DNA from: Bacteroidales bacterium
GTDB taxonomy: Bacteria > Bacteroidota > Bacteroidia > Bacteroidales > VadinHA17
Assembly (NCBI GenBank): GCA_009877105.1
Contig: WXFD01000006.1
Coordinates: 74,497-138,496, forward strand
Direction: 5' to 3'
Length of the DNA: 64,000 bases
Shown here: piece after piece, positions 18,480 to 28,245 of the stretch
How the letters are laid out: every line of letters begins with the position of its first letter
Position numbering within the stretch: position 1 is the stretch's first letter
Notes under the pieces: generated by a model
What the model was told of the DNA's origin: nothing
What the model saw: the letters and a program-made list of their open reading frames with translations, nothing else
The model's database searches: none
Translations under genes and position numbers: made by a program

Positions 18480-20402
18480 TTAATTAGTCCGGAAGTGAAT
18501 TTCAATTCTGTGAGTGCCGCTGCCCTCAGGAATTCTTATTTCCCCTTCAGGTTTACCTGCTTTTTTCCCATCGATGACAACCGAACTGACAGCTCCCGTC
18601 GTTTCCAGCAGCCAGTCAGAAAATTCCAGGTTCCAGGCTGAACCATGCTCCTCAAAAAACTGGCAGTAATGAGGATCGTAGTCCAGTGTAATACTCAGTC
18701 TTTTTTGCCCGGCATCCCATTTCCCCGAATTACGTGCATGCATATATCCGATAAATTCGTTGATGCTGATGAAGCGTCCGTGGGGGTACTGATCAAATAT
18801 GGAAGCAAACTTATCCGGTTCCAGGGCAATACCGTAATCATGATTATTTGGAGGCGAGCCAACGATTAGAGGGGAGTCGGGTGTTCCGAAAAATTTCCAT
18901 CCTGAAATTGCCAGGTCATTTCCCAGATAGCCGCCGCTCCATCCGTACCAGCCAAATCCTGCCTGTCCGGCAAGTTTTATTGTATTATTGAAATATGTAG
19001 TGGAAACACCATTACCGCCGGCCACAACTTCGAGAGGAGTAACACCAAACTGTTCCTTCAGCCATTTCATACCGGTTTTCATTCTCCAGAGCTGTTCAGC
19101 TGCAGGGATTTCCTTGTTCCGCCTGTTATCCCTGAATTCCTGGTACCAGCCATTCACCGCTTTTTCCCCGTCGAGTGGTGACCCATACCAGCGCGGCTCC
19201 GAAAACAGGTCTGGCTGCATGTGGGTGAGTCCGTGGGACATGACCGTGAAAACGCCAAGGTCAACACCTTTCTGATAGCCGCGTTTGCTGGAAACATAAT
19301 CCTGTTTTGTCCCGAATCCGTCTGTAAAAACCTGGGTCCATGTTGGTTCCAGTCTTCCTTTGGCATCATTTACAAAACCCGGAGTAAAATTGATATTCAG
19401 AACAGCATTGTGTTCCAGTAAAGGATTGATGAGATACTGTATAATTGTATCTTCCGGCAATGTCGGGAAATGCCAGCTTTCAAGCCAGGCATTATCAGCC
19501 ATGCCCGGATCATCCATGATCATTATCAGATCATTCTCCCATGTTTTATAAATATTATATCCGATTGTCCAGGTAATGGCCCTGCGGAGCAAATTCCGCA
19601 TATCCTGGAAATAAAAGATGTAATTCTTGTCATTCCCGATCCAGACCGCATGGCCTCCCGAAGGATATTCCCTCAGCGTTACCTGCGGGAAGGAACCCTG
19701 TTCGACAATTGTTATCACATCGTCCGATATTGCCACGTGCTGACGTACCATGTCAATATCCGAAGCCCTGACACGCTGAACTTCCATGCTTATAAGTGTA
19801 CCGGTATCTGCCCTGAAAGGAGAAAAAAGGCTTTCGGTTATGAAATGTGTGCCTTTTAATCTTAAAACCGTGTCGCCCTCCCTGATACCTGTATATTTCA
19901 AGCCCAACGTGCCAAGTATCTCCGCCTGGGGAATATGATCAGAAAGAACAATAAGGCCAATTCCATATTGTTCGGTCATTTGAGACACTATGGAATAATC
20001 CTGGGGCAATAATCCATCCGTCTGATTAACGGCCCATATGATGCTTCCATACACGGGTTTCTCGTTAACGTCGAGAAACATGTAACGGTCAAGAAACTGC
20101 TGATCGAGGCGGATAATATCAAAGGGTATACCCCATGATTTCAACAAAATGGCAATATCATAGAAATCAGACTCTTTGCCATTGATCGAGGAGTCGGTCT
20201 CTGTAGTACCGACATTTATTTTACCCACAATATAACTTGCCGGATCATCCCATTGATCACCTATAACGACGAGTACCCGGAAGGGTTTCAGCCTTCCTTC
20301 AACATTGTTTCGGGGAGAGCTGCTCTCAGAAATACATGATGTAAAACATAGTATAAGGAAAATGAAAAAAGTCTGGCACAGGCTGAAAGCTTTAAGATTC
20401 AT
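18480..20402 (-). CDS. Hypothetical secreted lipoprotein (640 aa) with a possible CE4-like deacetylase core
   Basis: Lipobox FTSC. IMIMDDPG and SHGLTH loosely resemble the CE4 TFDD and HSxxH motifs. I did not recognise a confident family. Confidence 0.35.
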   Translation of the reverse strand: MNLKAFSLCQTFFIFLILCFTSCISESSSPRNNVEGRLKPFRVLVVIGDQWDDPASYIVGKINVGTTETDSSINGKESDFYDIAILLKSWGIPFDIIRLDQQFLDRYMFLDVNEKPVYGSIIWAVNQTDGLLPQDYSIVSQMTEQYGIGLIVLSDHIPQAEILGTLGLKYTGIREGDTVLRLKGTHFITESLFSPFRADTGTLISMEVQRVRASDIDMVRQHVAISDDVITIVEQGSFPQVTLREYPSGGHAVWIGNDKNYIFYFQDMRNLLRRAITWTIGYNIYKTWENDLIMIMDDPGMADNAWLESWHFPTLPEDTIIQYLINPLLEHNAVLNINFTPGFVNDAKGRLEPTWTQVFTDGFGTKQDYVSSKRGYQKGVDLGVFTVMSHGLTHMQPDLFSEPRWYGSPLDGEKAVNGWYQEFRDNRRNKEIPAAEQLWRMKTGMKWLKEQFGVTPLEVVAGGNGVSTTYFNNTIKLAGQAGFGWYGWSGGYLGNDLAISGWKFFGTPDSPLIVGSPPNNHDYGIALEPDKFASIFDQYPHGRFISINEFIGYMHARNSGKWDAGQKRLSITLDYDPHYCQFFEEHGSAWNLEFSDWLLETTGAVSSVVIDGKKAGKPEGEIRIPEGSGTHRIEIHFRTN

Positions 20403-21073
20403 AATTTAATCCTGAGTGAAAATGAATTAATCTGACAGGTTCTATTAAATAAACATAAATATAAAACGTATTTTAACAATCTTATTAAACTTGTTCAATG
20501 AATCTTTAAAAAGGATTAATATTAAGATCAACTGGCAGCTCAATCCTGCTGTTCCGTAAGCTGAAAGGTGAGATATTCCGCGAAATCATATTCGGTATAA
20601 CTGACAGTGACCTTCATTCCCGTAATTGCTGATTTAGCATACTTCGGGCATACAAATGGTTACAGTTTCAACCCTGGTCGATAATATCATTGTCCTGGCT
20701 ATCCCGCAGGACAATAATTGTATTTCTCACGGAAGATGTTTTTCAGTGGATTCGGAAAGAACCGGACAGTATATTATTGTCCTGCTATTTTGATCAATCA
20801 ACGGGACATGCTTAACAGCCCCGTGTAGTAGCGGGATTACAGAATACATTCTCCTTTGCGGGACTTTCTGCTGCCATCCGGCAAATAACTTTTTTCATGA
20901 TCAGCTCAAGGAGAATCAGGAAGGCTCCCGAAAAGAGAGGATAAAATAACAGGCATTAACAATCTGAGCAAATAGGTGGGGACTCTTCATTATTTCGTAT
21001 TTTTACGGATTACGGGTATATACTTATTATCAGCCGTTCTGATATAATGATCCCGCCGCGCGATATCTGTTCT

Positions 21074-21532
21074 TCAAATCGCTGCCAGTCCAGCCTCATC
21101 CAGAGTGCAGTTAAGCCATTCACTGTTAATTGCAGCGCCCCATTTCCTGTAGAAATCAATAGCCCGTTCGTTCCAGTCCAGAACCTGCCACCTTACACGT
21201 TTGCAGTTTTCCTCCCTTGCTTCCTTCAAAACCCTTTCCATCAGAGCAGATCCAATCTTACGGCCTCTGTGTTCCTTTCCGACAATAATATCCTCGAGAT
21301 AGATCGATTTACCCACCCAGGTGGAATAAGCTATAAAACAGAGGGCCATTCCAATGATTTTATGATCTGTCGTTTCGGCAACAAAGCATCTGAAAAATTC
21401 CTTCTCATTTTTCATCTGCTCGACTGTATTGGTCACAAGATCAAGCGATCGCTCATACTCCGCAAGTTCTTTTATAAGATGGAGAATTGCCGGGAAATCA
21501 TCTTCCCCTGCACGTCTGATAGTGTAATCCAT
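21074..21532 (-). CDS. GNAT-family N-acetyltransferase
   Basis: Size (152 aa) and the acetyl-CoA motif EHRGRKIGSALMERV. The opposite-strand ORF 21047-21559 has no recognisable features. Confidence 0.85.
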   Translation of the reverse strand: MDYTIRRAGEDDFPAILHLIKELAEYERSLDLVTNTVEQMKNEKEFFRCFVAETTDHKIIGMALCFIAYSTWVGKSIYLEDIIVGKEHRGRKIGSALMERVLKEAREENCKRVRWQVLDWNERAIDFYRKWGAAINSEWLNCTLDEAGLAAI

Positions 21533-21621
21533 GTCTGTTTCTTAAGGCTGGTCTTTTAAAATGGAGGCTGGAAAATAACGGGAATTTCTGATTCAATATC
21601 TGTACAATTCCGGCATGAAAG

Positions 21622-22281
21622 TTATTTCACCAAAGTAATTTCCTTTACATTCGGGTTGTTCTCCAGTTCCCTGATTATCGTTTCGATTGATTTCTGATCC
21701 TGTTTTGCAATACGTAAATTTAATACCATACCATCATCACCTTTTTCAACTGACAGGGACTCAATTTTAAAAACATCATTATTAAGCAGATTTCTGAGTA
21801 AATCAATACTGTCTGTCACGATTTTCAACGAATTGTATCTGAACCTGCCGGAAAAGATCCTCTCAAATGGCTGAAGTGCCCAAAGGATAATCAACGCAAT
21901 AACCGTGGTGGCCCCGGCCGCAAAATAAAGTCCGCCTCCGGTGGCAAGCCCAATTGCGGCAACTGTCCACAATCCTGCAGCTGTTGTCAGCCCGTGGATA
22001 ATTCCTTCTTTTGATAGCAGGATTGTTCCGGCCCCAATAAATCCAATACCGGTAATAACTTGTGCAGCAATCCTAGAGGGATCGAGTGTAACATGGGGGG
22101 TGCCAAGAATATCGGCAAATCCGAAAGCTGAGACTATCATTATTAAACAGGAACCGACACAAACCATCATATGGGTTCTCAATCCTGCCGCCCAGTTTTT
22201 CCTTTCGCGCTCCAGGCCAATAAGTGCACCAAACAAGGAAGCCAACAGCAGACGCAACAGTATTTCAGTCCAGCTGATCAT
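21622..22281 (-). CDS. MgtC/SapB-family membrane protein
   Basis: LLLASLFGALIGLERERK start motif, 4-5 TM helices and a soluble ACT-like C-terminal domain. Confidence 0.85.
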   Translation of the reverse strand: MISWTEILLRLLLASLFGALIGLERERKNWAAGLRTHMMVCVGSCLIMIVSAFGFADILGTPHVTLDPSRIAAQVITGIGFIGAGTILLSKEGIIHGLTTAAGLWTVAAIGLATGGGLYFAAGATTVIALIILWALQPFERIFSGRFRYNSLKIVTDSIDLLRNLLNNDVFKIESLSVEKGDDGMVLNLRIAKQDQKSIETIIRELENNPNVKEITLVK

Positions 22282-22477
22282 TTTATGTCAATTTTGTGCC
22301 TAACAGGCTAAGTCATTTATTCTTCTCCCTGTCAATGCGGGAATCGTTATGGGAGGACTGTCATAAACTGAGGATGGATCACCGCAAATCAGTTTTAACA
22401 TGTAAGATCTGCCCGAAAAAAGAACGGAAGATGAAATACTGATATGTGTTCCAGAATATTCCATCTGCCCGTACGGC

Positions 22478-22849
22478 CTATTCAAACTCTTTTGGAACGC
22501 CGCAAATCATCCTGAACGGCTGGCTGCCCGTGTTCCGGTACTGGTGCTTTTCATCGGGTTTGACAAGGGCAAAGTCACCTTTCCGTAGAGAGATCATCTC
22601 TCCTTTTTCATTAACAAGGGCTCCCTCGCCCTCGATAACATAGTTCATGTGCTCATAGGGATGGCTGTGATACGGGGTATGTCCTCCCTGTTCAACAGTG
22701 AACACCCTGTAGGAATATACCGGGGCACCGTCTGAACTGCCAAGCGGCAATTGTTTCCATGCCCCGACAGCTCCCTCCATGCTGACTTTGTTCTTTTCAA
22801 CATTATCGAGTGAAACAACTTTCATGATGATGTTTTTTGATTTATACAA
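22478..22849 (-). CDS. Cupin-domain protein
   Basis: GGHTPYHSHPYEHMNYVIEGEG ... GDFALVKPDEKHQYRN is the two-motif cupin signature. The true start may be the internal ATG at 22825. Confidence 0.8.
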   Translation of the reverse strand: MYKSKNIIMKVVSLDNVEKNKVSMEGAVGAWKQLPLGSSDGAPVYSYRVFTVEQGGHTPYHSHPYEHMNYVIEGEGALVNEKGEMISLRKGDFALVKPDEKHQYRNTGSQPFRMICGVPKEFE

Positions 22850-22983
22850 AAATAATCAGTTAGAGACAAAAATCAGCCTGAACGGATAAAAAGCATTGTT
22901 TTTACTGTTAAAACATTAACAAGGATACCTGGTTTCAGATAATATTCAGTATCCTGACCATTCAGGAAGTTCATCTCCCCCCG

Positions 22984-23736
22984 TCATATGCCAAGCATAT
23001 CCATTAATCCGTTGATGAACGTGAGGGGATGGGCCGGGTTGCCCGGGACGTAAAGGTCAACATGATGTTTTTCAATGAAATCCCGTGCAATAGCGGGACT
23101 GTCTGCAAAAAGTCCGCCACTGATGGCATCTGTTCCGCAGAGAATAATAACCTTGGGTGAAGGTGTAGCCTCGTATGTTATTTCAAGTGCTTCGGCCATG
23201 TTTTCGGTTACCGGGCCTGTTATAACTATGCCGTCGGCATGACGGGGTGAGGCCACGAACTCGATACCGAACCGTCCCATGTCGAAGTTCACATTTCCGG
23301 CCGCGTTCAGCTCCATCTCGCACGAGTTGTCACCTCCGGCCGATACCTGCCTGAGTTTAAGGGATCTTTTAAATAACCGGCGAACTTCCTGCCTGACAGC
23401 CTTACCGTCGAAGCCGGGAGATCCGTTATTACCGGGCTTAACAATCAGATCTTCCCTTTTTGATGCTGCAATACGGTAATCATTGGTAAACCTGAATATT
23501 TCAGGGAAATTCAGTGCGCACTCGTTGCAGAACATGCACCTGCCCAGATCCAATGAACCGGTTTGCTTATCGATGGCTCCCGTGGGACAAAGGCTGGCAG
23601 CAGCCTCGATCCGTGAAGGTTCTCCCCCGGCAGTAATAACCGGCATACCCCTGAAGCGTTCTGACACCGGCTGATTACGAAGATCGGGAACGTACTGGAG
23701 ACCATGATCGGAAAGTATCCTAAATTCTTTTCTCAT
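22984..23736 (-). CDS. NuoB/HycG-like small subunit fused to an N-terminal single-cluster ferredoxin-like domain (EhrS-like)
   Basis: SPRHADGIVITGPV and CGTDAISGG are NuoB-family blocks. The N-terminus has C50-PTGAI plus C67-xx-C70-xx-C73. The expected CxxC reads D136-NS-C139 and PGCPP reads PGN233PA. Confidence 0.8.
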   Translation of the reverse strand: MRKEFRILSDHGLQYVPDLRNQPVSERFRGMPVITAGGEPSRIEAAASLCPTGAIDKQTGSLDLGRCMFCNECALNFPEIFRFTNDYRIAASKREDLIVKPGNNGSPGFDGKAVRQEVRRLFKRSLKLRQVSAGGDNSCEMELNAAGNVNFDMGRFGIEFVASPRHADGIVITGPVTENMAEALEITYEATPSPKVIILCGTDAISGGLFADSPAIARDFIEKHHVDLYVPGNPAHPLTFINGLMDMLGI

Positions 23737-23753
23737 GTTTTCTTACCCGTTAA

Positions 23754-25280
23754 TTACAGATCATTGCCGCAATACGACAAATTAAAGCTCTTGTTACAGA
23801 CCGGGAAGTCTGATATTTCCTGGTTACGGACAGCCAGTGCCAGGGCCATCCAGTTATGCAGCGAGGGGTCCTTGATCCTGTAATGGACCAGGCGGCCGTT
23901 GATGCCGGTAACTGCTACATGGCAAATCTCACCCCTCCAACCTTCAACCACCGATACGGCGAGGCTGCCGGGTCTGAACCCCAGTTCGTACCGGGGGCGT
24001 TCGGTTTCCTTTTTCATTTTGCTCCATTCACCTGTCAGCCCGCGGATGATATTCACCGATTCATTCACTTCCATCGCCCGGAGCATTCCCCGCGACATCA
24101 CGTCACCACGTTCCTGCAACACCGGGTTTATTACCGTTTGCCTGTAATACTGGAACGGGTGGGTGGCCCGGGTATCCCTTGGGATACCGCATGTCCGGGC
24201 AGCCATGCCTACTGCTCCAACAGCCAATGCCTGCTGCCTGGTCAGTGTTCCTGTTTCCTCGAACCGGCCGAGCACACTGGGCAGGGTATAAATACAACTG
24301 ACAATATTCCCGAATCGCCTTTCAACCTCTTCAAGCACCCTGAGTATCTCGACGGTGATCTCTTCAGTGAGAGGGTAATTTGATCCCCCCGGGCGTATCA
24401 GTCCCTTACCGAACCGGTTGCCACACCAGAACTGGGTGGTATTTATCACCATTGTCCGCAGTGCCTCGCATGCAACCTGCCCCAGCTGGTAGGCCACGTC
24501 GGTGCACAACGCTGCCGTATCGCCAATATGTACAGCGATACGTTCAAGCTCGAGGGCTATACAACGTTCAACCTGGAGTGACCCTGGAGGGTTAAAACCG
24601 GCAAGTGACTCGACAAGCTGGGCATGAGCCAGTCCATGGCCAACTGCAGTATCACCTGCGATGCTTTCTGATAATAAAACGCGGCGAAGCCCGTCACCCG
24701 TTTCGGTAAAAAGACTCTCTACACCACGATGCTGATAACCAAGCTGAATCTCGAGATGCAGTACTTCTTCCCCGTTGCAGGTAAACCTGAAATGACCCGG
24801 TTCAATAACTCCGGCGTGAACGGGCCCGACACCAACTTCATGAAGTGCTTCTCCCGCCATCGTGTAAAACGGGTAATTATTCATCACGCTGAGCTTATCG
24901 GCCCTGTAGCTCGGGTATCGCACCGGTTTTAACCAGGGGTGACCCTCGAACCTCACACCGTGACGTTCATGTATTTCACGTTCAAAAATATGCATTGCAC
25001 TGCACGAGGGGGTCAGTGATTGCAGTGCTGAATCATCATCTCCCTTCTCGTGACTGAATATCCTTATAAGTCCCGATGAATCATCCGCTATGCAGCAAAT
25101 GAACCGCAGGCCGGCTCCAACAGGGTGGCAAAAATAATTCAGGCAATGACAATCATCCCGGTTCAGCATCGCCGTAACTTCTTCCCGGAAAAGGGAATAA
25201 TCAAGCACCGGTATGCCTGTCGTGTCAACCGGGGTGGAATCGTTACGTATTTCAAGATATCTCCTGCCGTTCATCTTCAT
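23754..25280 (-). CDS. NuoC-NuoD fusion / HycE-HyfG-like large subunit lacking the [NiFe] cysteine ligands (EhrL-like)
   Basis: GPVHAGVIEPGHFRFTCNGEEVLHLEIQLGYQHRG is the hallmark group-4 large-subunit block, and the N-terminus has the NuoC-like FEREIHERHGVRFEGHP. The L1 position reads SESIAGDTAVGH (residues 204-215). The C-terminus ends ...NLSYCGNDL. Confidence 0.85.
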   Translation of the reverse strand: MKMNGRRYLEIRNDSTPVDTTGIPVLDYSLFREEVTAMLNRDDCHCLNYFCHPVGAGLRFICCIADDSSGLIRIFSHEKGDDDSALQSLTPSCSAMHIFEREIHERHGVRFEGHPWLKPVRYPSYRADKLSVMNNYPFYTMAGEALHEVGVGPVHAGVIEPGHFRFTCNGEEVLHLEIQLGYQHRGVESLFTETGDGLRRVLLSESIAGDTAVGHGLAHAQLVESLAGFNPPGSLQVERCIALELERIAVHIGDTAALCTDVAYQLGQVACEALRTMVINTTQFWCGNRFGKGLIRPGGSNYPLTEEITVEILRVLEEVERRFGNIVSCIYTLPSVLGRFEETGTLTRQQALAVGAVGMAARTCGIPRDTRATHPFQYYRQTVINPVLQERGDVMSRGMLRAMEVNESVNIIRGLTGEWSKMKKETERPRYELGFRPGSLAVSVVEGWRGEICHVAVTGINGRLVHYRIKDPSLHNWMALALAVRNQEISDFPVCNKSFNLSYCGNDL

Positions 25281-26708
25281 TTATTTTGGAAATATGGCAA
25301 TACTCCTGCTGATCATGTCAACCAGGAAAGGAGGCTGATAGAAGCAGGCCGCTATAACCAGGCCAAGCAGGACAAACTGGCTGATCGTCTCTGCCGGGTT
25401 AACAGCATCAGGCTGACCCGTGCTTCCCTCACTCCTGGGCGATGAAAAGCTGATATGCATTATCCGGGTGCTCATGGCATAAATAACGAAGGTGAGCAAT
25501 ATAACGGACACAACAAGTACAAGCCATTGACCGCCGGTTACCATTGCCCTGAATATCATGAATTCGGGAATGAACATGCCGGAAGGCGGTATTGCAAGAA
25601 TTGTGATCATCCCGGTCAACAGGACGGCGCCCCCGGCCGGGTACAGTTTCATATACCTCCCGCATTCATCCAGTCTGAAGGTATGAAGTATCCTGGAAAG
25701 CTGCCCCATCTGGTAAAACAGGCTTGACTTTGCCAGCGAATGAAGAATTATCAGCAGTAAGGCTGCGTAATAACCCTGTCCTCCAATTCCCAGGGCGATG
25801 GCGACAAGTCCCATGTTTTCAAAACTGGAATAAGCCAGCATACGTTTCACGTGTTTTGCCTTAAGCATGTACCCGGCAGCTACCAGAAGTGACAACACTC
25901 CTGCAAGTATCAGCACGCTGTTCATGAATGGCAGAACAGGGGAAGAGGCGAAAAGCGAGTACACACGGAAGATCCCCAGGAATCCGACATTCATCAGGGT
26001 GGTGGAGATCAGGGCGCTCACCGGGGGGGGTGCCACCGAATGGGCGTCAATGGTAACGGTATGCATCGGGAACAGCCCCATCTTTGTACTGAAACCCACG
26101 ACCACAAACACGAAGGCGATCTTCAGGTAGAGCGGGTCGGCCATTGCCGCCACCTGTGACAACGATGAAAAGGAGAGATTGGGAGTATCGCCCCTGCCGT
26201 AGATGAGGCCCAGGAACAATATACCCAGGTACGCCAGGGCAATACCGGTAGAACAGATAAAAATATATTTCCAGGTGGCCTCCAGGGCAATCTCAGTCCG
26301 GTCGTGATAAATAAGAACTGCAACGGCAAGCGTGGTGGCTTCCACGAATATCCACAACACCGTCATGGTATTTGCAAGGTAAGCCCCGGTCATGAATGTC
26401 ATCAGGCTGATCAACCCCGAGTGATAGATATTGAATCGTTTCAGCGTGTCGTAACGTGTATAAATAAATCCATGATAAACGGTTGGCAATGTAAGTAATG
26501 CCAGGACAGAAAGAAGGAGTACCGAAGTGCCGTCGAAGGTAAAATATGAAAGTTCAGTGCTGCCAGTGTTAATCCACGCGTGTATGGCAAGAGCAATGAG
26601 CGAGGCTGAGAAAACCACTGCAATCCCCTTGGTAATGGCCTTACCCGGCGAGAGAAGGGCAAAGCCGGCGAGTAGAATCGATAAAATGAAAAATATCAGA
26701 AGCATCAT
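25281..26708 (-). CDS. NuoM/NuoN/HyfF-like antiporter-type membrane subunit (EhrD-like)
   Basis: About 14 TM helices. KMGLFPMHTVTIDAHSVAPPPVSALIS matches the proton-conducting-membrane-transporter motif. Confidence 0.85.
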   Translation of the reverse strand: MMLLIFFILSILLAGFALLSPGKAITKGIAVVFSASLIALAIHAWINTGSTELSYFTFDGTSVLLLSVLALLTLPTVYHGFIYTRYDTLKRFNIYHSGLISLMTFMTGAYLANTMTVLWIFVEATTLAVAVLIYHDRTEIALEATWKYIFICSTGIALAYLGILFLGLIYGRGDTPNLSFSSLSQVAAMADPLYLKIAFVFVVVGFSTKMGLFPMHTVTIDAHSVAPPPVSALISTTLMNVGFLGIFRVYSLFASSPVLPFMNSVLILAGVLSLLVAAGYMLKAKHVKRMLAYSSFENMGLVAIALGIGGQGYYAALLLIILHSLAKSSLFYQMGQLSRILHTFRLDECGRYMKLYPAGGAVLLTGMITILAIPPSGMFIPEFMIFRAMVTGGQWLVLVVSVILLTFVIYAMSTRIMHISFSSPRSEGSTGQPDAVNPAETISQFVLLGLVIAACFYQPPFLVDMISRSIAIFPK

Positions 26709-26710
26709 AT

Positions 26711-27325
26711 TTAATCCTTCAACATGGTTAGCTCATTTGTATGGGGCTTAAGTTTTAAGCCGAAAAACCCAAGTATCAGCGCGCCCACGAACAGGTCGAG
26801 CAATATGCCAATGTTGATAAGCATCGGCATTTCGCTTCCTACTGCCAGCGAGAAAAGGAAGACTGCATTTTCAACAACCAGGAACCCGATCAGGTGTGAA
26901 ATGATAAGCTGATGGGTCACGATTAGCAGCAGACCCGTGTAAAGCGTGAATAGAGCGATGGCCAGATATATTGTGTTGATAAATGGATTCAGCAGGATTC
27001 TGGCAAGACTGACACTGATCAGCAGCCCGGCAATTGAGAACAGTAGCAGGTAAAAACCGGGGACTGCCTGGCGATGTACCCTGGTAACTCCCGAGCGTCC
27101 GATTATCCTGCCAAGCAGCCAGGGCAATATCATTGCCTTGAAGAAAAGCGTCTCGGCAATGATGAATAAAAGGTTTACCAAGTTAACCTCCTTCAGCTCG
27201 AACACCGCGATACCACATAACAGGAGACCATGCAGCGCGATCAGCCTGACATATGTTGAAAGCCTTTCTGCCGAGGCAAAATAGATCAGGGTGACAGCAA
27301 ATGTAACGATCAGGTAGTTTACCAT
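26711..27325 (-). CDS. HyfE-like small membrane subunit (EhrC-like)
   Basis: A 204-aa, all-hydrophobic protein with about 6-7 TM helices. Its position between the NuoH-like and NuoN-like genes matches hyfC-hyfE-hyfF. Confidence 0.65.
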   Translation of the reverse strand: MVNYLIVTFAVTLIYFASAERLSTYVRLIALHGLLLCGIAVFELKEVNLVNLLFIIAETLFFKAMILPWLLGRIIGRSGVTRVHRQAVPGFYLLLFSIAGLLISVSLARILLNPFINTIYLAIALFTLYTGLLLIVTHQLIISHLIGFLVVENAVFLFSLAVGSEMPMLINIGILLDLFVGALILGFFGLKLKPHTNELTMLKD

Positions 27326-27331
27326 TTCCTT

Positions 27332-28243
27332 TCAGACAAGTTTTTCAGTCAGTATCAGTATAACCATAAATGCAATAAGTGCGATGGTTGTAAGTGTGAG
27401 AATAAATTTCGGATTTTTGTTCATCTTGTTGCGCGCCCTGAATGACTCTGTTATACCGATTATCACGGCAAACAGGGTCTGAACGCCAAAAAAGGCCCCG
27501 ATTTTCAGCAAAGTGTTCCATCCTGCCGGCACGAGCAGGTTATAAATGAGCGAACCATATAACGCGAATTTCAGGTTTGTTGCCATATGGATGAGGGCTT
27601 TGTCGAATCCGCTGTAGTCGAGGATTATCACTTCATGGACCATTGTAAGCTCCAGGTGGGTTTTCGGGTCATCGACAGGAAGCCTGCTGTTTTCCACCAT
27701 TGCTATCTGAACGAAGAGGTAAGCGCCTATTATGCTGTAGATGAACACGTAATCATTGCCGGTAATGTAGAAATGATTGAAGATCACCGAGAACGAAGTA
27801 TATGAGGAGAACATCGCGAATGTGGCCAGCAGGATAAAAAAAGCAGGTTCAACCAGCATGGAATATAGGGCCTCGCGGCTGGCGCCCATTCCTTCAAAAC
27901 TGCTCCCCGTGTCGAGAGCGGCAATGATCATGAAGAATTTTCCAAGAGCGAGCAGGTAAGCAAACATGATAAAGTCGCCCTCGAAATGCAGAATGGCCTT
28001 ATGCTCTGAAAATGGAAGCAGGAGCATGGCGCCAGCCACCGATATCAGCGCCACTGATGGAGCAATCCTGAAAATAAGCCCGGTGCTGATGCTGAAAACA
28101 CTACCCTTTCGCAGGAGCACGGCAATGTCCTTCAGGGGCTGGAACAGGCCGGGACCCTTCCGCCCCGAAGCAATGCTCTTCGTCCGGAGTATTATTCCGG
28201 GAAAGAAAAGGGCCGCTATCACGATCAGAATAAATCCTGTCAT
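27332..28243 (-). CDS. NuoH/HycD/HyfC-like membrane subunit (EhrB-like)
   Basis: GRKGPGLFQPLKDIAVLLRKG N-terminal motif and 8 TM helices. Confidence 0.85.
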   Translation of the reverse strand: MTGFILIVIAALFFPGIILRTKSIASGRKGPGLFQPLKDIAVLLRKGSVFSISTGLIFRIAPSVALISVAGAMLLLPFSEHKAILHFEGDFIMFAYLLALGKFFMIIAALDTGSSFEGMGASREALYSMLVEPAFFILLATFAMFSSYTSFSVIFNHFYITGNDYVFIYSIIGAYLFVQIAMVENSRLPVDDPKTHLELTMVHEVIILDYSGFDKALIHMATNLKFALYGSLIYNLLVPAGWNTLLKIGAFFGVQTLFAVIIGITESFRARNKMNKNPKFILTLTTIALIAFMVILILTEKLV

Positions 28244-28245
28244 TT

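Noticed and set aside
21047-21559. The 170-aa plus-strand ORF overlapping the GNAT gene
   Set aside because: It is Ser/Pro/Cys-rich, has no motifs and lies exactly antisense to a well-formed GNAT acetyltransferase ORF.
23856-24383. Several 60-175-aa ORFs antisense to, or out of frame within, the Ehr-like genes (e.g. 23856-24383, 25455-25727, 27966-28253, 29521-29805)
   Set aside because: They lie inside long, motif-supported genes. Their composition is typical of antisense reading of GC-richer coding DNA (Arg/Pro/Gly-rich), and I saw no independent signals.
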